A stretch of 24,885 nt of DNA, from positions 1 through 24,885 of the IMG/VR virus record IMGVR_UViG_3300017910_000372, one strand, 5' to 3'. The translations under genes were made by a program, and so were the position numbers. This document shows positions 13,358-24,049 of the stretch, one piece after another. The stretch is from a virus (Duplodnaviria; Caudoviricetes). A model generated the notes under the pieces. That model was not told the origin of the DNA, did no database searches, and worked only from the letters and a program-made list of their open reading frames with translations. Each line of letters starts with the position of its first letter. The stretch's first letter is position 1.

Positions 13358-15496
13358 ATGGCGAAAATACCTACATACACATCGCGCGCGGCGGCTGCGT
13401 CAACGTCTGGTATTCCTCGTGCGTCGGGCATTCCGTTTCGTGACTTTGCGTCACCTGGAATAATCGAAGCCGGGAAACAAATCGGCGCTATCGCAGATCA
13501 ACTTCTTCAGTCGGCAGAAGATGATGCGGTCGGGCAAGCGACGTTGAATGCGACGTTGAAGTTGAATGATCTGCAAATGGAATTGCAGACAATGGACCCG
13601 ATGCAAGCGGTATCATCTTTTGATGATCGTGCGAATGCAATTCTCGAAGAAGCGGGTGGCGGATTAAGCAGCAACGCTGCAAGTCGCTTTCGCAACTCAA
13701 TGCGTCGTGAGTTTGCGTCTAAAAAGATTGCCGTGCAAAAAGACGGCATTACGCGCGGCCGACAAAAGCTGGAAGCAAACCTTGTGTCGCGCATGGCGGG
13801 GCTGGCTTCATCGGCGCAAGCTGGTGACAACGACACGATCTACCAGCAACGGGCTGACGAGGCGCGTCAAGCAATTGACGAGGCCATCGCCAACCGCGTC
13901 ATCGCAGCAGATGCTGGCGAGCGTTACTATCAGAAATATTTGAACGATGCAGACAGCGCCCGTGCGTCATTCGACATGCAATCTGATCCAGATGCGTTTG
14001 TTCAAAACATCGCAAGTGGAAAGTATTTACCAAGCCTGACAGGTGAACAGCGCGCAAGATTGCAAAAGCAAGGTAATGAAATATTAGAGCGTCGAGCGCG
14101 CACAGCAGAAACAAAAAGAAAAGCGGCAGAGAGAAAAGTTATTAAAAACGCAGATACCGCTTTGAAAGTTGTTGTGGCTGGTGGGGATTACAACAAGGTC
14201 GCCCAAGATTTAGACCCCGATATGCTTCGCATGAATATCCAAGATCAAGACGAAGCAGAACGTATTATTGAATTAACGCAGGACGCTGTTGCGGGTGCGG
14301 AAATTCAAAACGATTTGCACAATCGATCAGGCGCAGAAATAGCGGACATACTATCCACATCAGCGGGTGACATAGACGCAAACGTTTCTCCGGAGTTGCA
14401 ACTACAGAATTTAGAGCAGGACAAGCGGTTACGAGTTGCAGCGGCGAAAGTATTAAAAGCCCGCCAAGAGGACGCTGGTCGGGAAGCGCTCCGCAATGAC
14501 GCGGTCAAGGAAGCATACCAAGACTTTCGGCAGTCGTTTATGTCAGACGATACTGAAGCAGCGGGCGTAATGTATCGCAATTATGCTTTCGTTCGCGATG
14601 CTGAATACGACCGGCTGGGCATCAATCCACAAGACCGGCGATTGCTGCCGAATAGTATGGCTGAAGAACAAGCCGATTTGTTTAAAAGCGGTAATCTTAC
14701 ACCAGCAGAAGCAGGGCAACGCATGAAGATGTTGCGTCAGACAATGGGCGACGACTGGCCCATGGCTCTGAACGAAATGCAAAAGTTTAAGATGCCAAAA
14801 ACTGCTACGAAGTTAATGGTGGTAGACGACGACAATATCCGTACCCGCATGATCCGATCAGACAGGGACGGCGGTTTTGAGGAAGTGGCAAAAAGATTTG
14901 GTTTAAAAAAATCTGACTTTGATAAAAAAATAGTCAATACAACGCAGAAGTTTATGCAAGCGGCAGACCGTGTTGGCTTTGCTATGGCAGGCGGTATACA
15001 AGACGCCGTTAAGTCTGTTGCCTTGGACATGCTGTTTTACGGTGATGAAGACTCTGCTAATTCCGCAATTGAGTCAGCATATGATCTTGTCGTCACCAAG
15101 CAATATGCGGTCGTCGATGAGGAACGGTTGCGCGGCATCGTACCGCGTGACCAGTTTGAACAGGTCGATAATACGGCGCGTTTAAACGCAGGGTTGATGC
15201 ATTGGTTTGAAGAAAACTCTGACTTCGTTTTTCATCCAAACAATCAGCCAACGTTTCAAGCTGGCGTTACGGTGCAGAAAGCACAAAGCATCACTTTCGA
15301 CTTAGTTCGACAAGCTTCTATGTGGCGGCTAACCCCGGACGGCAGCGCCGCAGAATTACATGTTGGCGACAACAAAGCGTTTGATGTCGAGGGTAACCCC
15401 GTCCGCGTATCTATAGATGAAGCGATGCAATTGTTTGATCGTCGTGTAGAAGCGCGACAATTGGGAGGACGCGGCATGGGCAGAGGCGACCAATAA
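13358..15496 (+). CDS. Internal virion/ejection protein (gp15-like position), 712 aa
   Basis: MAKIPTY start typical of this gene; predominantly helical; syntenic position. Confidence 0.65.
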   Translation: MAKIPTYTSRAAAASTSGIPRASGIPFRDFASPGIIEAGKQIGAIADQLLQSAEDDAVGQATLNATLKLNDLQMELQTMDPMQAVSSFDDRANAILEEAGGGLSSNAASRFRNSMRREFASKKIAVQKDGITRGRQKLEANLVSRMAGLASSAQAGDNDTIYQQRADEARQAIDEAIANRVIAADAGERYYQKYLNDADSARASFDMQSDPDAFVQNIASGKYLPSLTGEQRARLQKQGNEILERRARTAETKRKAAERKVIKNADTALKVVVAGGDYNKVAQDLDPDMLRMNIQDQDEAERIIELTQDAVAGAEIQNDLHNRSGAEIADILSTSAGDIDANVSPELQLQNLEQDKRLRVAAAKVLKARQEDAGREALRNDAVKEAYQDFRQSFMSDDTEAAGVMYRNYAFVRDAEYDRLGINPQDRRLLPNSMAEEQADLFKSGNLTPAEAGQRMKMLRQTMGDDWPMALNEMQKFKMPKTATKLMVVDDDNIRTRMIRSDRDGGFEEVAKRFGLKKSDFDKKIVNTTQKFMQAADRVGFAMAGGIQDAVKSVALDMLFYGDEDSANSAIESAYDLVVTKQYAVVDEERLRGIVPRDQFEQVDNTARLNAGLMHWFEENSDFVFHPNNQPTFQAGVTVQKAQSITFDLVRQASMWRLTPDGSAAELHVGDNKAFDVEGNPVRVSIDEAMQLFDRRVEARQLGGRGMGRGDQ

Positions 15497-17280
15497 TGCC
15501 TCAACAATTTCCCTCACCGCTGTCGAATAAAATACGACCGTTTGACGCGCAGTTCGACATAAGCACCACTGCGGGTGCCGCGTTCCGCGATGCGTGGGAG
15601 ACCAACCCGTTTGTATCGGCGCTGACATCTTCAGAATTGAATGAGGCGCGCGGCCTTGGTGATGCCGTCTTCATTATTAACAAAGAAGACAAGATACGGC
15701 GGCGGTTAGAAGAAGATCCTGACAATTACCCAATACTGTCATTAGAGGAGCAACAAGAACAGATCGACGCTGCCGATCTGACCAAGGTACTCAAGCCGGA
15801 GTTCGGAGAGACGCAAGAAAGTCTGGATATGATCATCCGGATGAAACAGGAAGAGCTTGCGCGGCAGACCGTCATATCAATGGGCAAGGATGGTTTTGCT
15901 GCTGGCGCGGCGAACATCGGTGCCGGTTTTGCGGCAAGTCTGCTTGACCCAGTCAATCTTGCCGCTGGTTTCGTACCAATCGTCGGACCCGCAAGATACG
16001 CTGGATTGTTAGCGCGACAAGCGACAACAGCCAGACGGTTTGGCTTAAGGGCAGCGACAGGTGCCGCAGAAGGCGCAGCAGCAACGGGATTAGTAGAAAT
16101 TCCGGTCTTACTTACTACGGCCGACCGGCAAGCTGACTATGACATCTACGACACGTTCGCCAACCTAGCATTCGGTACTGTGCTGGGCGGCGGCATCCAC
16201 GGTGTTGGCGGTTACTTCAAAGACAAGATATCGCCAAGCATCAACGCGCGAACGGTGATGCAAAGTATCGACAATGCTGCACCGGAAGCGCGGCAGGCTG
16301 CATTCAATGGCGCAATGGGCCAAATGGCAGGAGGTAGAGTTGTTAGAGGTATTGACTTCATTCTGCGCGACAGCGTGGAAACAAGTTCAGCGGTTGGCCG
16401 CGTTCTTGATGCGCGCGATCCGCTGGACATGGACGCAGTGTTGCGCGCTGGTCAGGAAGATACGGGACCGCGTGTTCTCCCAAAACACATAAACGAAGGC
16501 GAACCGCAGCCGGGGTTCCCTGTTATTGCCAGCGACCGGGTTATAAAGAGACAAGCGCGGGCGCAAAAACTTGCGGATGATTTACGGGCAGAGGGTTTCG
16601 ACGCTACCGTCCGACAGGTAGACGGCGGGTTTGAGGTAGATGTAAATGTCGAAACCAATATCTTCGCCCGCACACCAGACGGAGCGTATCTATCGTTCCG
16701 CGACAGGAAGCGCGCCAACAAAGCGCGCACGCGATTGAAGAAAGAAGGCGCGCTGGAAGAAGCAGCAGTCGTCAAGATTGGAGACGAGTTCTTCATCATT
16801 GATGCGAGCAACAAACGTGCTGCTGATCTTGTAACCAAAAATGCCGACAGCATCGACCTTCCAATGGAAGTGCCAGGGATTAAAACAGATGCTGTCGCAG
16901 AAGGGTCAGCGTTTTCGCTGCCATCCGCACCGCGCATCATACCGGACATTGAGTATGGCTTAGATCAAGTCCGCCTGTCTCAAGCGCCCGAAAACAGAAT
17001 ATTTGATCTGCAAGAAAGAGAAGCGCAGCAGCGCGTTGATAACATGGAGCCGACGCTAGTAGAGCGATACGACGAGGCGGCGGCTACGCGCGAGACAGAT
17101 GAACTGCTGGTAGAGGTAGAGCGGTTGAAAGCAGAAAACGCCGACGATCCGCTGTTGTCCGAGGCTGTTTAAATAAGCGAGCGAGAGCTTGCTGACGGTG
17201 ATGAGATTATTGCAAACACGCGCCAAACGTCTGACGGCTTCCGGCAGGCAGCAACGTGTATTCTTGGCGGGGTTGATTGA
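15496..17280 (+). CDS. Internal virion/ejection protein interrupted by an in-frame TAA at 17170-17172
   Basis: Gly/Ala-rich hydrophobic segments (LLDPVNLAAGFVPIVG, FGTVLGGGIHG). The frame stays open for 35 sense codons past the TAA, to a TGA that overlaps the next ATG. Confidence 0.65.
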
Positions 17281-19736
17281 TGCCAACGTTTAGAGAATGC
17301 GTTTCAACGATTCGGCAAGCCGCGCCAAATTTGTCGGAGCAACAGGCGCAAGAGTTGTTTGATGAAGTCAATGACATCTACGAGGGGCTGAAGGCCGACG
17401 GCAACGTTGCTGACTTGGAAGCAGAGTTGACGCGCGCTGTTGAAAAACGCGTTGGAGAAGAAGAGCGGGCCGCAATCAACGAGAAGCGTATGCGCGCTCT
17501 CAACTACAAAACGCGTATGCGCTTCATTCAAAAGCTGCGGCAAGTTCCAGACAAGGATGTGCCGCGCTTTTTGGAAAGCATCCTTGCCGGTGAGTACGGC
17601 AACAGCCCGTACAAAACTTCTATAGAGCGCACGTTCCGCGCGTTAGAACGTGACACGTTCAGCGTGTTCCTGCGTGACATTGAGAAAGAGGGCTTGGACC
17701 GCAGTCAGGCAATCAGCTTTTTACGCCGTTCTGAAAACGGTGAGTTGCTGATGCGCGAAAGTTATGAGCCGGGAAGCACCGGCAACGATACAGCGCGCAT
17801 CATAGCGGAAGCGATGGAGAGTGCGAACGAGCGTCTGCGGAAGATGGCGAACAAGCATGGCGCTGACATCGCGCGGATACCGGGCTATCTGGTCAAGCAG
17901 ACGCATGACAACATCAAGGTCAAACGGGCGGGAGTGCAACAATGGACGGACGACATTTTGCCGCTGCTGGATGAAGAGCGCACGTTCGGTGTGAGGGGTC
18001 TGGACGATGCGGCGAAACGCAAGCATCTGGAAAGTTCTTGGGGCACTCTTCTTGAAGGCAGGCGCGATGACAGTATCAGAGATGTCAAGGATATGTCTGA
18101 CCCGCCAGGATACAAGGGACCGGGCAACTTAGCGAAGAAGCTGGGGCATCATCGGTCACTGCACTTCAAAGACGGCCAGTCAGCTTGGAAGTACATGAAG
18201 GATTACGGGTTACCGGATGTCGGTACATCGTTCTTCGGCGGCGTGGATATGATGTCGCGCAATATTGCAACGTTGCAGCATCTCGGACCTAACCCGAAAT
18301 TTATGTTAGATGAGTTTGTTAGACGTGCCGCTGATAGATTACCTCGCGAAGATCGTTCTAAAATAGACAAAATTTATATCGACAGACTGTATGATGAAGT
18401 AACTGGTGTCGGTTCTATCTTGCCGGAATACGACACAAAAGGTTGGCGCATCGCGCGCGGAATGAATTGGGCAAAGAACCTGTCTAACTCTGCGCTGCTT
18501 GGCGGCACTGTGCTGACCAGCGTTGCAGACTTGGGCACTGCTGCGGTTCGTCTCAACGAAGTTGGTGTTTCGTTTCTCAACTCACATGCGGCAGTTGTCG
18601 GCGGCATACTGCGCGGCCGTCGCAGCGGTGAGATGCGCGAAGTGGCCGACAGCATCGGTCTTGGAATTGACAGTCTGATAAGTGGTGTGCAATCGCGCTG
18701 GACCGGCAACGACGGTATCAACGGACAGGGCTCACAGCTTGTTAGCACTGTGATGCGGATTACAGGTATGAACTGGTTGAACGACACGATGAAAACATCG
18801 GTTGTTTTGACCATGTCCAACTACATCGCAAAGCAAGCGGGCAAATCGTTCGATGACATTCATCCATCGCTGCGGCGTGAGATGTCTGCTTACGGCATAA
18901 CGGCCGAAGACTTTGCATCGATTACTGCTGCTGTCCGCGACATTGACGGTAAAAAATATATCGACGTAGATCAGATCGGCGACGGCGAAACTGCTTCACG
19001 CATACAGGAGTTTTTGGGTGGGTTTGCAGACAGCGCGATCTTGACGCCCGGTTCGAGAACAAATGCGTTAATACGAGGTGCTGGTGAGCGAGGTTCAGTA
19101 ACCACAGAAATGCGAATGGTGTTCTTTAACCTCAAATCATACAGCGTTGCGTTTTATCAAGACATCTTGTCTCGCGCTTGGAGTAGCGGTGGTGCCGGTG
19201 TTGGGTTAGGGCTGCACCTCATCTTGAGCATGACCGTCTATGGTCACATTGCTAATTTATTAAAAGACACAGCCGCTGGGAAAGAACCGCGTGAACTTTC
19301 TGTTGAAAACTTCCCCAAGGTTTTTGCGGACGCGTTTCTGACAGCGGGTGGTGTTGGGTTTTATGGCGATTTGTTGATCGGCGCTCTTGGCGAGCAACGC
19401 TTCGGTGTTGGCATTGCGGAAGCAGTTGGCGGTCCTGTTTTAGGAAACGCAATACGATCAGCTAGAGCGCTTCGCGATCTTGGTGAATACGCTCTTGGTG
19501 ATGATGAAGCATTAGACCGCGCCCTTTATAAAGGCATGAAAACAACAAAACAGATGATACCGGGGGCCAATATTTTCTACACCAGAATGGCACTGGATTA
19601 TTTGTTTTTCTGGGAGATGTCCGAATACCTGCGCCCTGGTTGGGCGCAAAGTTTTGAAGACAGGGTGCGAGAAGAAACCGGGCAAGAGTTTTATCTGAAG
19701 CCCACCGAATCCGTCTATGGCGGTTTAGTTAATTAG
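17280..19736 (+). CDS. Large internal virion/ejection protein (gp16-like C-terminal part)
   Basis: ATG 17280 (TGATG). GYL.Q.HD, HRSLHFKD, LGPNP, F..KSY and GG.GFYGD motifs, recalled from podovirus ejection proteins. Confidence 0.75.
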   Translation: MPTFRECVSTIRQAAPNLSEQQAQELFDEVNDIYEGLKADGNVADLEAELTRAVEKRVGEEERAAINEKRMRALNYKTRMRFIQKLRQVPDKDVPRFLESILAGEYGNSPYKTSIERTFRALERDTFSVFLRDIEKEGLDRSQAISFLRRSENGELLMRESYEPGSTGNDTARIIAEAMESANERLRKMANKHGADIARIPGYLVKQTHDNIKVKRAGVQQWTDDILPLLDEERTFGVRGLDDAAKRKHLESSWGTLLEGRRDDSIRDVKDMSDPPGYKGPGNLAKKLGHHRSLHFKDGQSAWKYMKDYGLPDVGTSFFGGVDMMSRNIATLQHLGPNPKFMLDEFVRRAADRLPREDRSKIDKIYIDRLYDEVTGVGSILPEYDTKGWRIARGMNWAKNLSNSALLGGTVLTSVADLGTAAVRLNEVGVSFLNSHAAVVGGILRGRRSGEMREVADSIGLGIDSLISGVQSRWTGNDGINGQGSQLVSTVMRITGMNWLNDTMKTSVVLTMSNYIAKQAGKSFDDIHPSLRREMSAYGITAEDFASITAAVRDIDGKKYIDVDQIGDGETASRIQEFLGGFADSAILTPGSRTNALIRGAGERGSVTTEMRMVFFNLKSYSVAFYQDILSRAWSSGGAGVGLGLHLILSMTVYGHIANLLKDTAAGKEPRELSVENFPKVFADAFLTAGGVGFYGDLLIGALGEQRFGVGIAEAVGGPVLGNAIRSARALRDLGEYALGDDEALDRALYKGMKTTKQMIPGANIFYTRMALDYLFFWEMSEYLRPGWAQSFEDRVREETGQEFYLKPTESVYGGLVN

Positions 19737-19745
19737 GAAATCCAA

Positions 19746-20900
19746 ATGGCTGTATCTTCGACCGCGACGGTCGTTTCCTACACAGGGAACGGCAGCACGA
19801 CCTCGTTTGCCGTAACCTTCCCCTTCCAAGGAACAGGTTCGGCAGCAGAACTGGAAGTTGTCCAACGAACCATTGCAACGGGTGCAGAGACGACGCTGTC
19901 TTACACGACGCATTATACGGTGACGGGCGGCAGCGGCAGCACCGGCACTGTTGTAATGGCATCGGCTCCGGCCGATACGGTGCAAATACACATCCGACGG
20001 ACGACGACCAGAACACAGACCGTCGATTACACGGCGAACGATCCGTTCCCTGCCGATACGCATGAGCTTGCGCTCGACCGTCTTGCGATGGGTATGCATG
20101 AGATACAGGAGGAGTTGGACCGCAGCTTCAAGGTTTCGCGCACCAACAGCATCACAACGCCAGAGTTTGTTGACGACGCGTCTACGCGAGCAAGCAAGTT
20201 GCTTGGGTTCTCGTCTGACGGTAACACGCTGGAAGCAACGACGGGGCGTGTAAACAGCGCATCGGCAACCGCATCTTCTGTAAGCCCCGGCGGATCACCA
20301 ACGGCATCAGTCACGTTTACTGCGTCCACCGGTGCGCTTGCGTTCGCCTTGGGTATCCCCACGGGCGCAACAGGCAGCACGGGCGCAGCCGGTGCCGATG
20401 GCGTGTTCTCTGCTATCGCATCGCAAAGCGAGGCCGAAACGGGCACCGATAACACCAAGGGCATGACGGCGCTGCGGGTTAAACAAGCCGTAGACAGTTA
20501 TGGCATTTTGGCAACCGACATCGGAACGACTGTTCAAGCGTTCGACGCTGACACGCTCAAAGCGGACACTGCCGATGAGCTTACGGCAGGCTTTAGCTCA
20601 GCGGCTGTTGATAGCGGGACCAAAAGCAGTGGGACGTTTACCCCGAGCCCGGACACCGGCAACTTCCAGCACTTCACAAATGGCGGCGCTCACACGCTAG
20701 GCGTGCCAGCCAAAAATTGTGCGATGGTTCTGTTGATGAAAAACAACAGCAGCGCCGGAACGCTGACAACAAGCGGATATACCAAGGTCGATGGTGACGA
20801 CTTATCGACGACGAATGGCGACGAGTTTTTCCTGTACATCACGCGCTACAACGATGGCAGCACTAGCTTCAGCGCGCTTACCGTGAAGGCGCTGCAATGA
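19746..20900 (+). CDS. Tail fibre protein
   Basis: N-terminal attachment domain (SYTGNGSTTSF...F, R.T...Q.VDY...DPFPA.THE.ALDRL), a short Gly-X-Y stretch GATGSTGAAGADG, and a C-terminal beta domain. Confidence 0.85.
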   Translation: MAVSSTATVVSYTGNGSTTSFAVTFPFQGTGSAAELEVVQRTIATGAETTLSYTTHYTVTGGSGSTGTVVMASAPADTVQIHIRRTTTRTQTVDYTANDPFPADTHELALDRLAMGMHEIQEELDRSFKVSRTNSITTPEFVDDASTRASKLLGFSSDGNTLEATTGRVNSASATASSVSPGGSPTASVTFTASTGALAFALGIPTGATGSTGAAGADGVFSAIASQSEAETGTDNTKGMTALRVKQAVDSYGILATDIGTTVQAFDADTLKADTADELTAGFSSAAVDSGTKSSGTFTPSPDTGNFQHFTNGGAHTLGVPAKNCAMVLLMKNNSSAGTLTTSGYTKVDGDDLSTTNGDEFFLYITRYNDGSTSFSALTVKALQ

Positions 20901-23389
20901 GCATTATTCCAATTGTGCAAGGCGGTCACTCCGTTGCGTCGGGTTTCGACACGACGCTTATCGGCAATTCTATCTGGTTGGAAGGTGAACGCACTACGGG
21001 ACAGTTTGCAGAAGGAACTTGGGGAAGTGAGTCAAATCAAGATCGTTGGATATTTGCAACATGGGTACACCTGTTAAGAGTTGCTGACGCAACAAGCAAT
21101 AGAAGTGCTTTTTTTGGAAGCGGCACTGCTGCAAATGGCATTTATGTAAGATTTGTTAATTCGCCCGACACAGCAACACTTCAAGTTTTTACCCGAGATA
21201 ATGCAGGCAATGAAGGTAATATATATAGTACTGAAAAATTCAGAGATTTAACAAGTTGGATACATGTCCTAGTTGACTATGATTCAGCTAATGCTGTAGC
21301 CAATGACAGAGTGAGTTTATATGTAAACGGTGTTAGAACCGGCACTACTAACGGCAGTCGACCGGGGCAAAATAACCATGTTAATACCAATGTTTCAGGT
21401 CAAACCTTTCGAGTTGGTGCAGACTCATCTACCACCGCTGATTATCGTATGAAAGGTTATTTAGCACAGACAGTTTTCTTAGATAATAAAAGTATAGTAA
21501 ACGGCGATTTAGCAACAACTGATTTTTTAGACACATTTGCATTCGGAACAAATGGTTCTCAAATTATTCCTAAAGCAGATGCTGATATTATTGCACTGGC
21601 AAGTGCCGCTGGTAATAACTCTTTCTGTTTAGATTATTCAAATTCTAGCAGTGGTACCTCTCTTGTAGCTGATGCGAGCAGCAAAGGAAATAATCTGACT
21701 ACTAGCACGATAGCATCAGCGAACCAGTCACTGCATAGTCCTAGCAAAGTTTATGCTACATGGAATGCACTTGATTCTGCACTCAATGGTCACAACACTG
21801 ACATGACATTGAGTGATGGTGGCACAGTCACAGAAGATGGTAATGGTGCTTTCTGTCGGTCAACTTTTGCAATTCCTGAAGGTTTGTTTTCATATCGAGT
21901 AACTGTTGATGACTCAACGTCAAATCAAATGTTTGGAGTTGCTCTAAACACTGCAACTGATCGAGCAAATGGCAATACGAATCATCCGAATATGTACGCC
22001 GTCAATACTGGGAATGGCGAAAAAAATACAAATGGAACTGGGTCTTCCCAGTACAGCGCATGGTCTGATGGCGATACCATGGAAGTATATGTCAGTCGTA
22101 GCGGTACAGCATATAAAGTGTGGTATGGTAAAAACGGTACTTTACTAAATGGTGCGTCTGGTTCACAAGGCGATCCATCTGCTGGTACAAATGAACTATT
22201 TAGTTTTACGCACACTGGAGATGTATTTTTCTCTGCAGATTATACAAACCCCGGTACAAAGAAGGCGACGACAGATTTCGGACAGCGCGGTTACACGCCT
22301 GCCGAAAATGCGTTAACGCTTAGCACACCAAATATCCCATCACCGACGCACCAGGGCATCGATCGCTTCAACACCGTACTATACACAGGAAATGGCACTG
22401 CAATCGGCAGCGGCGGCAAGGCGGTGACTGGAACGGGTTTTCAACCGGATTGGGTATGGTTAAAAAACAGAGACGCTGCCGATGACCACGCGCTATATGA
22501 CATTGCCAGAGGTGTGACAAAGCAATGGGAGTCGAATACAAATACCACCGCAAGTACAGAATCTGAAGGACTTACCACCTTTGGATCGGATGGTTTTACA
22601 GTTGGCAGCCTAGACCAAGTAAATACAAACACTGAAGACTATGTGAGTTGGAACTGGCTTGCGTCTAATAGCACCTCAACCACATCACCGGCTGGCACCA
22701 TAGCCTCCACCTCTTCCGTTTCTAGTTCAGGTCATTTTAGTGTAGGCACTTACACTGGAACTGGTGATGACAACGCTACAGTCGGGCATGGGCTTGGTGG
22801 TATTCCAGAGTTAATTATAGTTCGCAACCTTAGTCGAAGCACATTTGGTTTAGTTTGGCATACAGATGGTGGAGGTGCCACACATACAGCGGACTTTGCC
22901 GTCACTGCAACTTTCTCAGCGAACTCCACCAAATTTGGTGGAAGTGATGCATCAAATCCCACAGCTAATGTATTTAAAATCGGAACTCATAACGAAATCA
23001 ATGCGTCTGGTGAAAGTTTTGTGTTTTATGCACTAAGGTCAATCAGCGGCTTGTGCAAGGTTAGCAGTTATGAAGGAAATGCGTCTTCAGACGGAGTTTA
23101 TATTAGTCTAGGATTTAAACCTCGCTTTTTTCTAGTGAAAAATTTAGATACCGCTGGACAAGACTGGCGCATTTATGACGCAGTCATTGAACCAATAAAT
23201 CCTAACGATCAGTTTTTCAAAGCTAATGATTCCGCAGCGCAAATTAGCTCAAGCGGCTTCGATTTTTTAAGCGATGGAGTGAAGGCTAGGGATAACAATG
23301 CCGGTTTCAACGCAGCCGCAACCTATGTGTACCTCGCCATGGCTGACATCGCAGGCGGTGGCACCTTACCCCCAATATACGGAAGGTAA
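20897..23389 (+). CDS. Putative receptor-binding/distal fibre protein (LamG/ConA-like + SPRY-like + three C-terminal repeats)
   Basis: FRD..SWIHVLVDYDS......RV.LYVNG (LamG-like); WYGKNG (SPRY-like); three repeats of Y.G.G...G..P.....KN/RN. Confidence 0.75.
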   Translation: MSIIPIVQGGHSVASGFDTTLIGNSIWLEGERTTGQFAEGTWGSESNQDRWIFATWVHLLRVADATSNRSAFFGSGTAANGIYVRFVNSPDTATLQVFTRDNAGNEGNIYSTEKFRDLTSWIHVLVDYDSANAVANDRVSLYVNGVRTGTTNGSRPGQNNHVNTNVSGQTFRVGADSSTTADYRMKGYLAQTVFLDNKSIVNGDLATTDFLDTFAFGTNGSQIIPKADADIIALASAAGNNSFCLDYSNSSSGTSLVADASSKGNNLTTSTIASANQSLHSPSKVYATWNALDSALNGHNTDMTLSDGGTVTEDGNGAFCRSTFAIPEGLFSYRVTVDDSTSNQMFGVALNTATDRANGNTNHPNMYAVNTGNGEKNTNGTGSSQYSAWSDGDTMEVYVSRSGTAYKVWYGKNGTLLNGASGSQGDPSAGTNELFSFTHTGDVFFSADYTNPGTKKATTDFGQRGYTPAENALTLSTPNIPSPTHQGIDRFNTVLYTGNGTAIGSGGKAVTGTGFQPDWVWLKNRDAADDHALYDIARGVTKQWESNTNTTASTESEGLTTFGSDGFTVGSLDQVNTNTEDYVSWNWLASNSTSTTSPAGTIASTSSVSSSGHFSVGTYTGTGDDNATVGHGLGGIPELIIVRNLSRSTFGLVWHTDGGGATHTADFAVTATFSANSTKFGGSDASNPTANVFKIGTHNEINASGESFVFYALRSISGLCKVSSYEGNASSDGVYISLGFKPRFFLVKNLDTAGQDWRIYDAVIEPINPNDQFFKANDSAAQISSSGFDFLSDGVKARDNNAGFNAAATYVYLAMADIAGGGTLPPIYGR

Positions 23390-23395
23390 TTAGAA

Positions 23396-24049
23396 ATGAT
23401 TGCACTAGAAAACGACGGCGCAGTTTCATATCAGGGAGGCTGGACGCGCCGACTACAAGAACTAACTGGCCTGCTTGGCAACAAGCAGCCACCGCTGCCC
23501 CATGCGACTGCCGCTGGCACGTTGCGCGTTGTTGAGTACGTCAAGCCGTCGCTGCTCGCATACCAAAGGGATGGCGCGGAAAGCGCCCAGCTTTCTGGTG
23601 ATGTTTGGAAAATCACGGTCAGCGCGACAGACCTGTCGTTGGATCAAGCCAAGGCGCAGGCCCTTGATGCAATCAGCTCGACAAGGTACGCGGTCGAGAC
23701 CGGCGGCGTAGTCGTTGCTGCCAAATACTATAGCACTAGCAGGGACAGTCAGTCTGCCATTGCAAGGGCGAGCGGTACTGTTAGCTGGAAGTGCGCTGGC
23801 ACAGTAACGCGCGACATTAAGCAAGCTGACGGCTCGACGGTTGCAACGGTTTGCGTATCGACACCAGAGTTTGCCGATAGCGACATGGATGCGGTTAAAA
23901 CAGCCGTCACCGCGCATGTGGCAGCGGCATACGCTCGCGAATCAGAACTGATGACATCCATCAACGCTGCCGACAGCGTTGCGGCGCTACGTGCAATTGA
24001 CCTGACAGCAGGGTGGGCAAGCGTACCGCCGCCTGATCCAGGCGAGTGA
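23396..24049 (+). CDS. DUF4376-like tail fibre-associated protein
   Basis: RYAVETGGV......T.RDSQ, WK, AV.AHV.AAYARE..L...INAA....L.AID...GW. Confidence 0.7.
   Translation: MIALENDGAVSYQGGWTRRLQELTGLLGNKQPPLPHATAAGTLRVVEYVKPSLLAYQRDGAESAQLSGDVWKITVSATDLSLDQAKAQALDAISSTRYAVETGGVVVAAKYYSTSRDSQSAIARASGTVSWKCAGTVTRDIKQADGSTVATVCVSTPEFADSDMDAVKTAVTAHVAAAYARESELMTSINAADSVAALRAIDLTAGWASVPPPDPGE

Noticed and set aside
17170-17172. Genome-wide stop codon reassignment
   Set aside because: TAA, TAG and TGA all end well-defined coupled genes elsewhere in the window.
17168-17174. TTTAAAT as a -1 frameshift slippery heptamer
   Set aside because: It is out of register with the reading frame, and the -1 frame stops after 8 codons.
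13358-19736. Lytic transglycosylase domain in the ejection proteins, as in T7 gp16
   Set aside because: I could not find the ES...A.GLMQ-type motifs by eye. A divergent domain cannot be excluded without an HMM search.
19746-24049. BPP-1-type diversity-generating retroelement acting on the fibre genes
   Set aside because: No reverse transcriptase and no TR/VR repeat pair is visible in this window.
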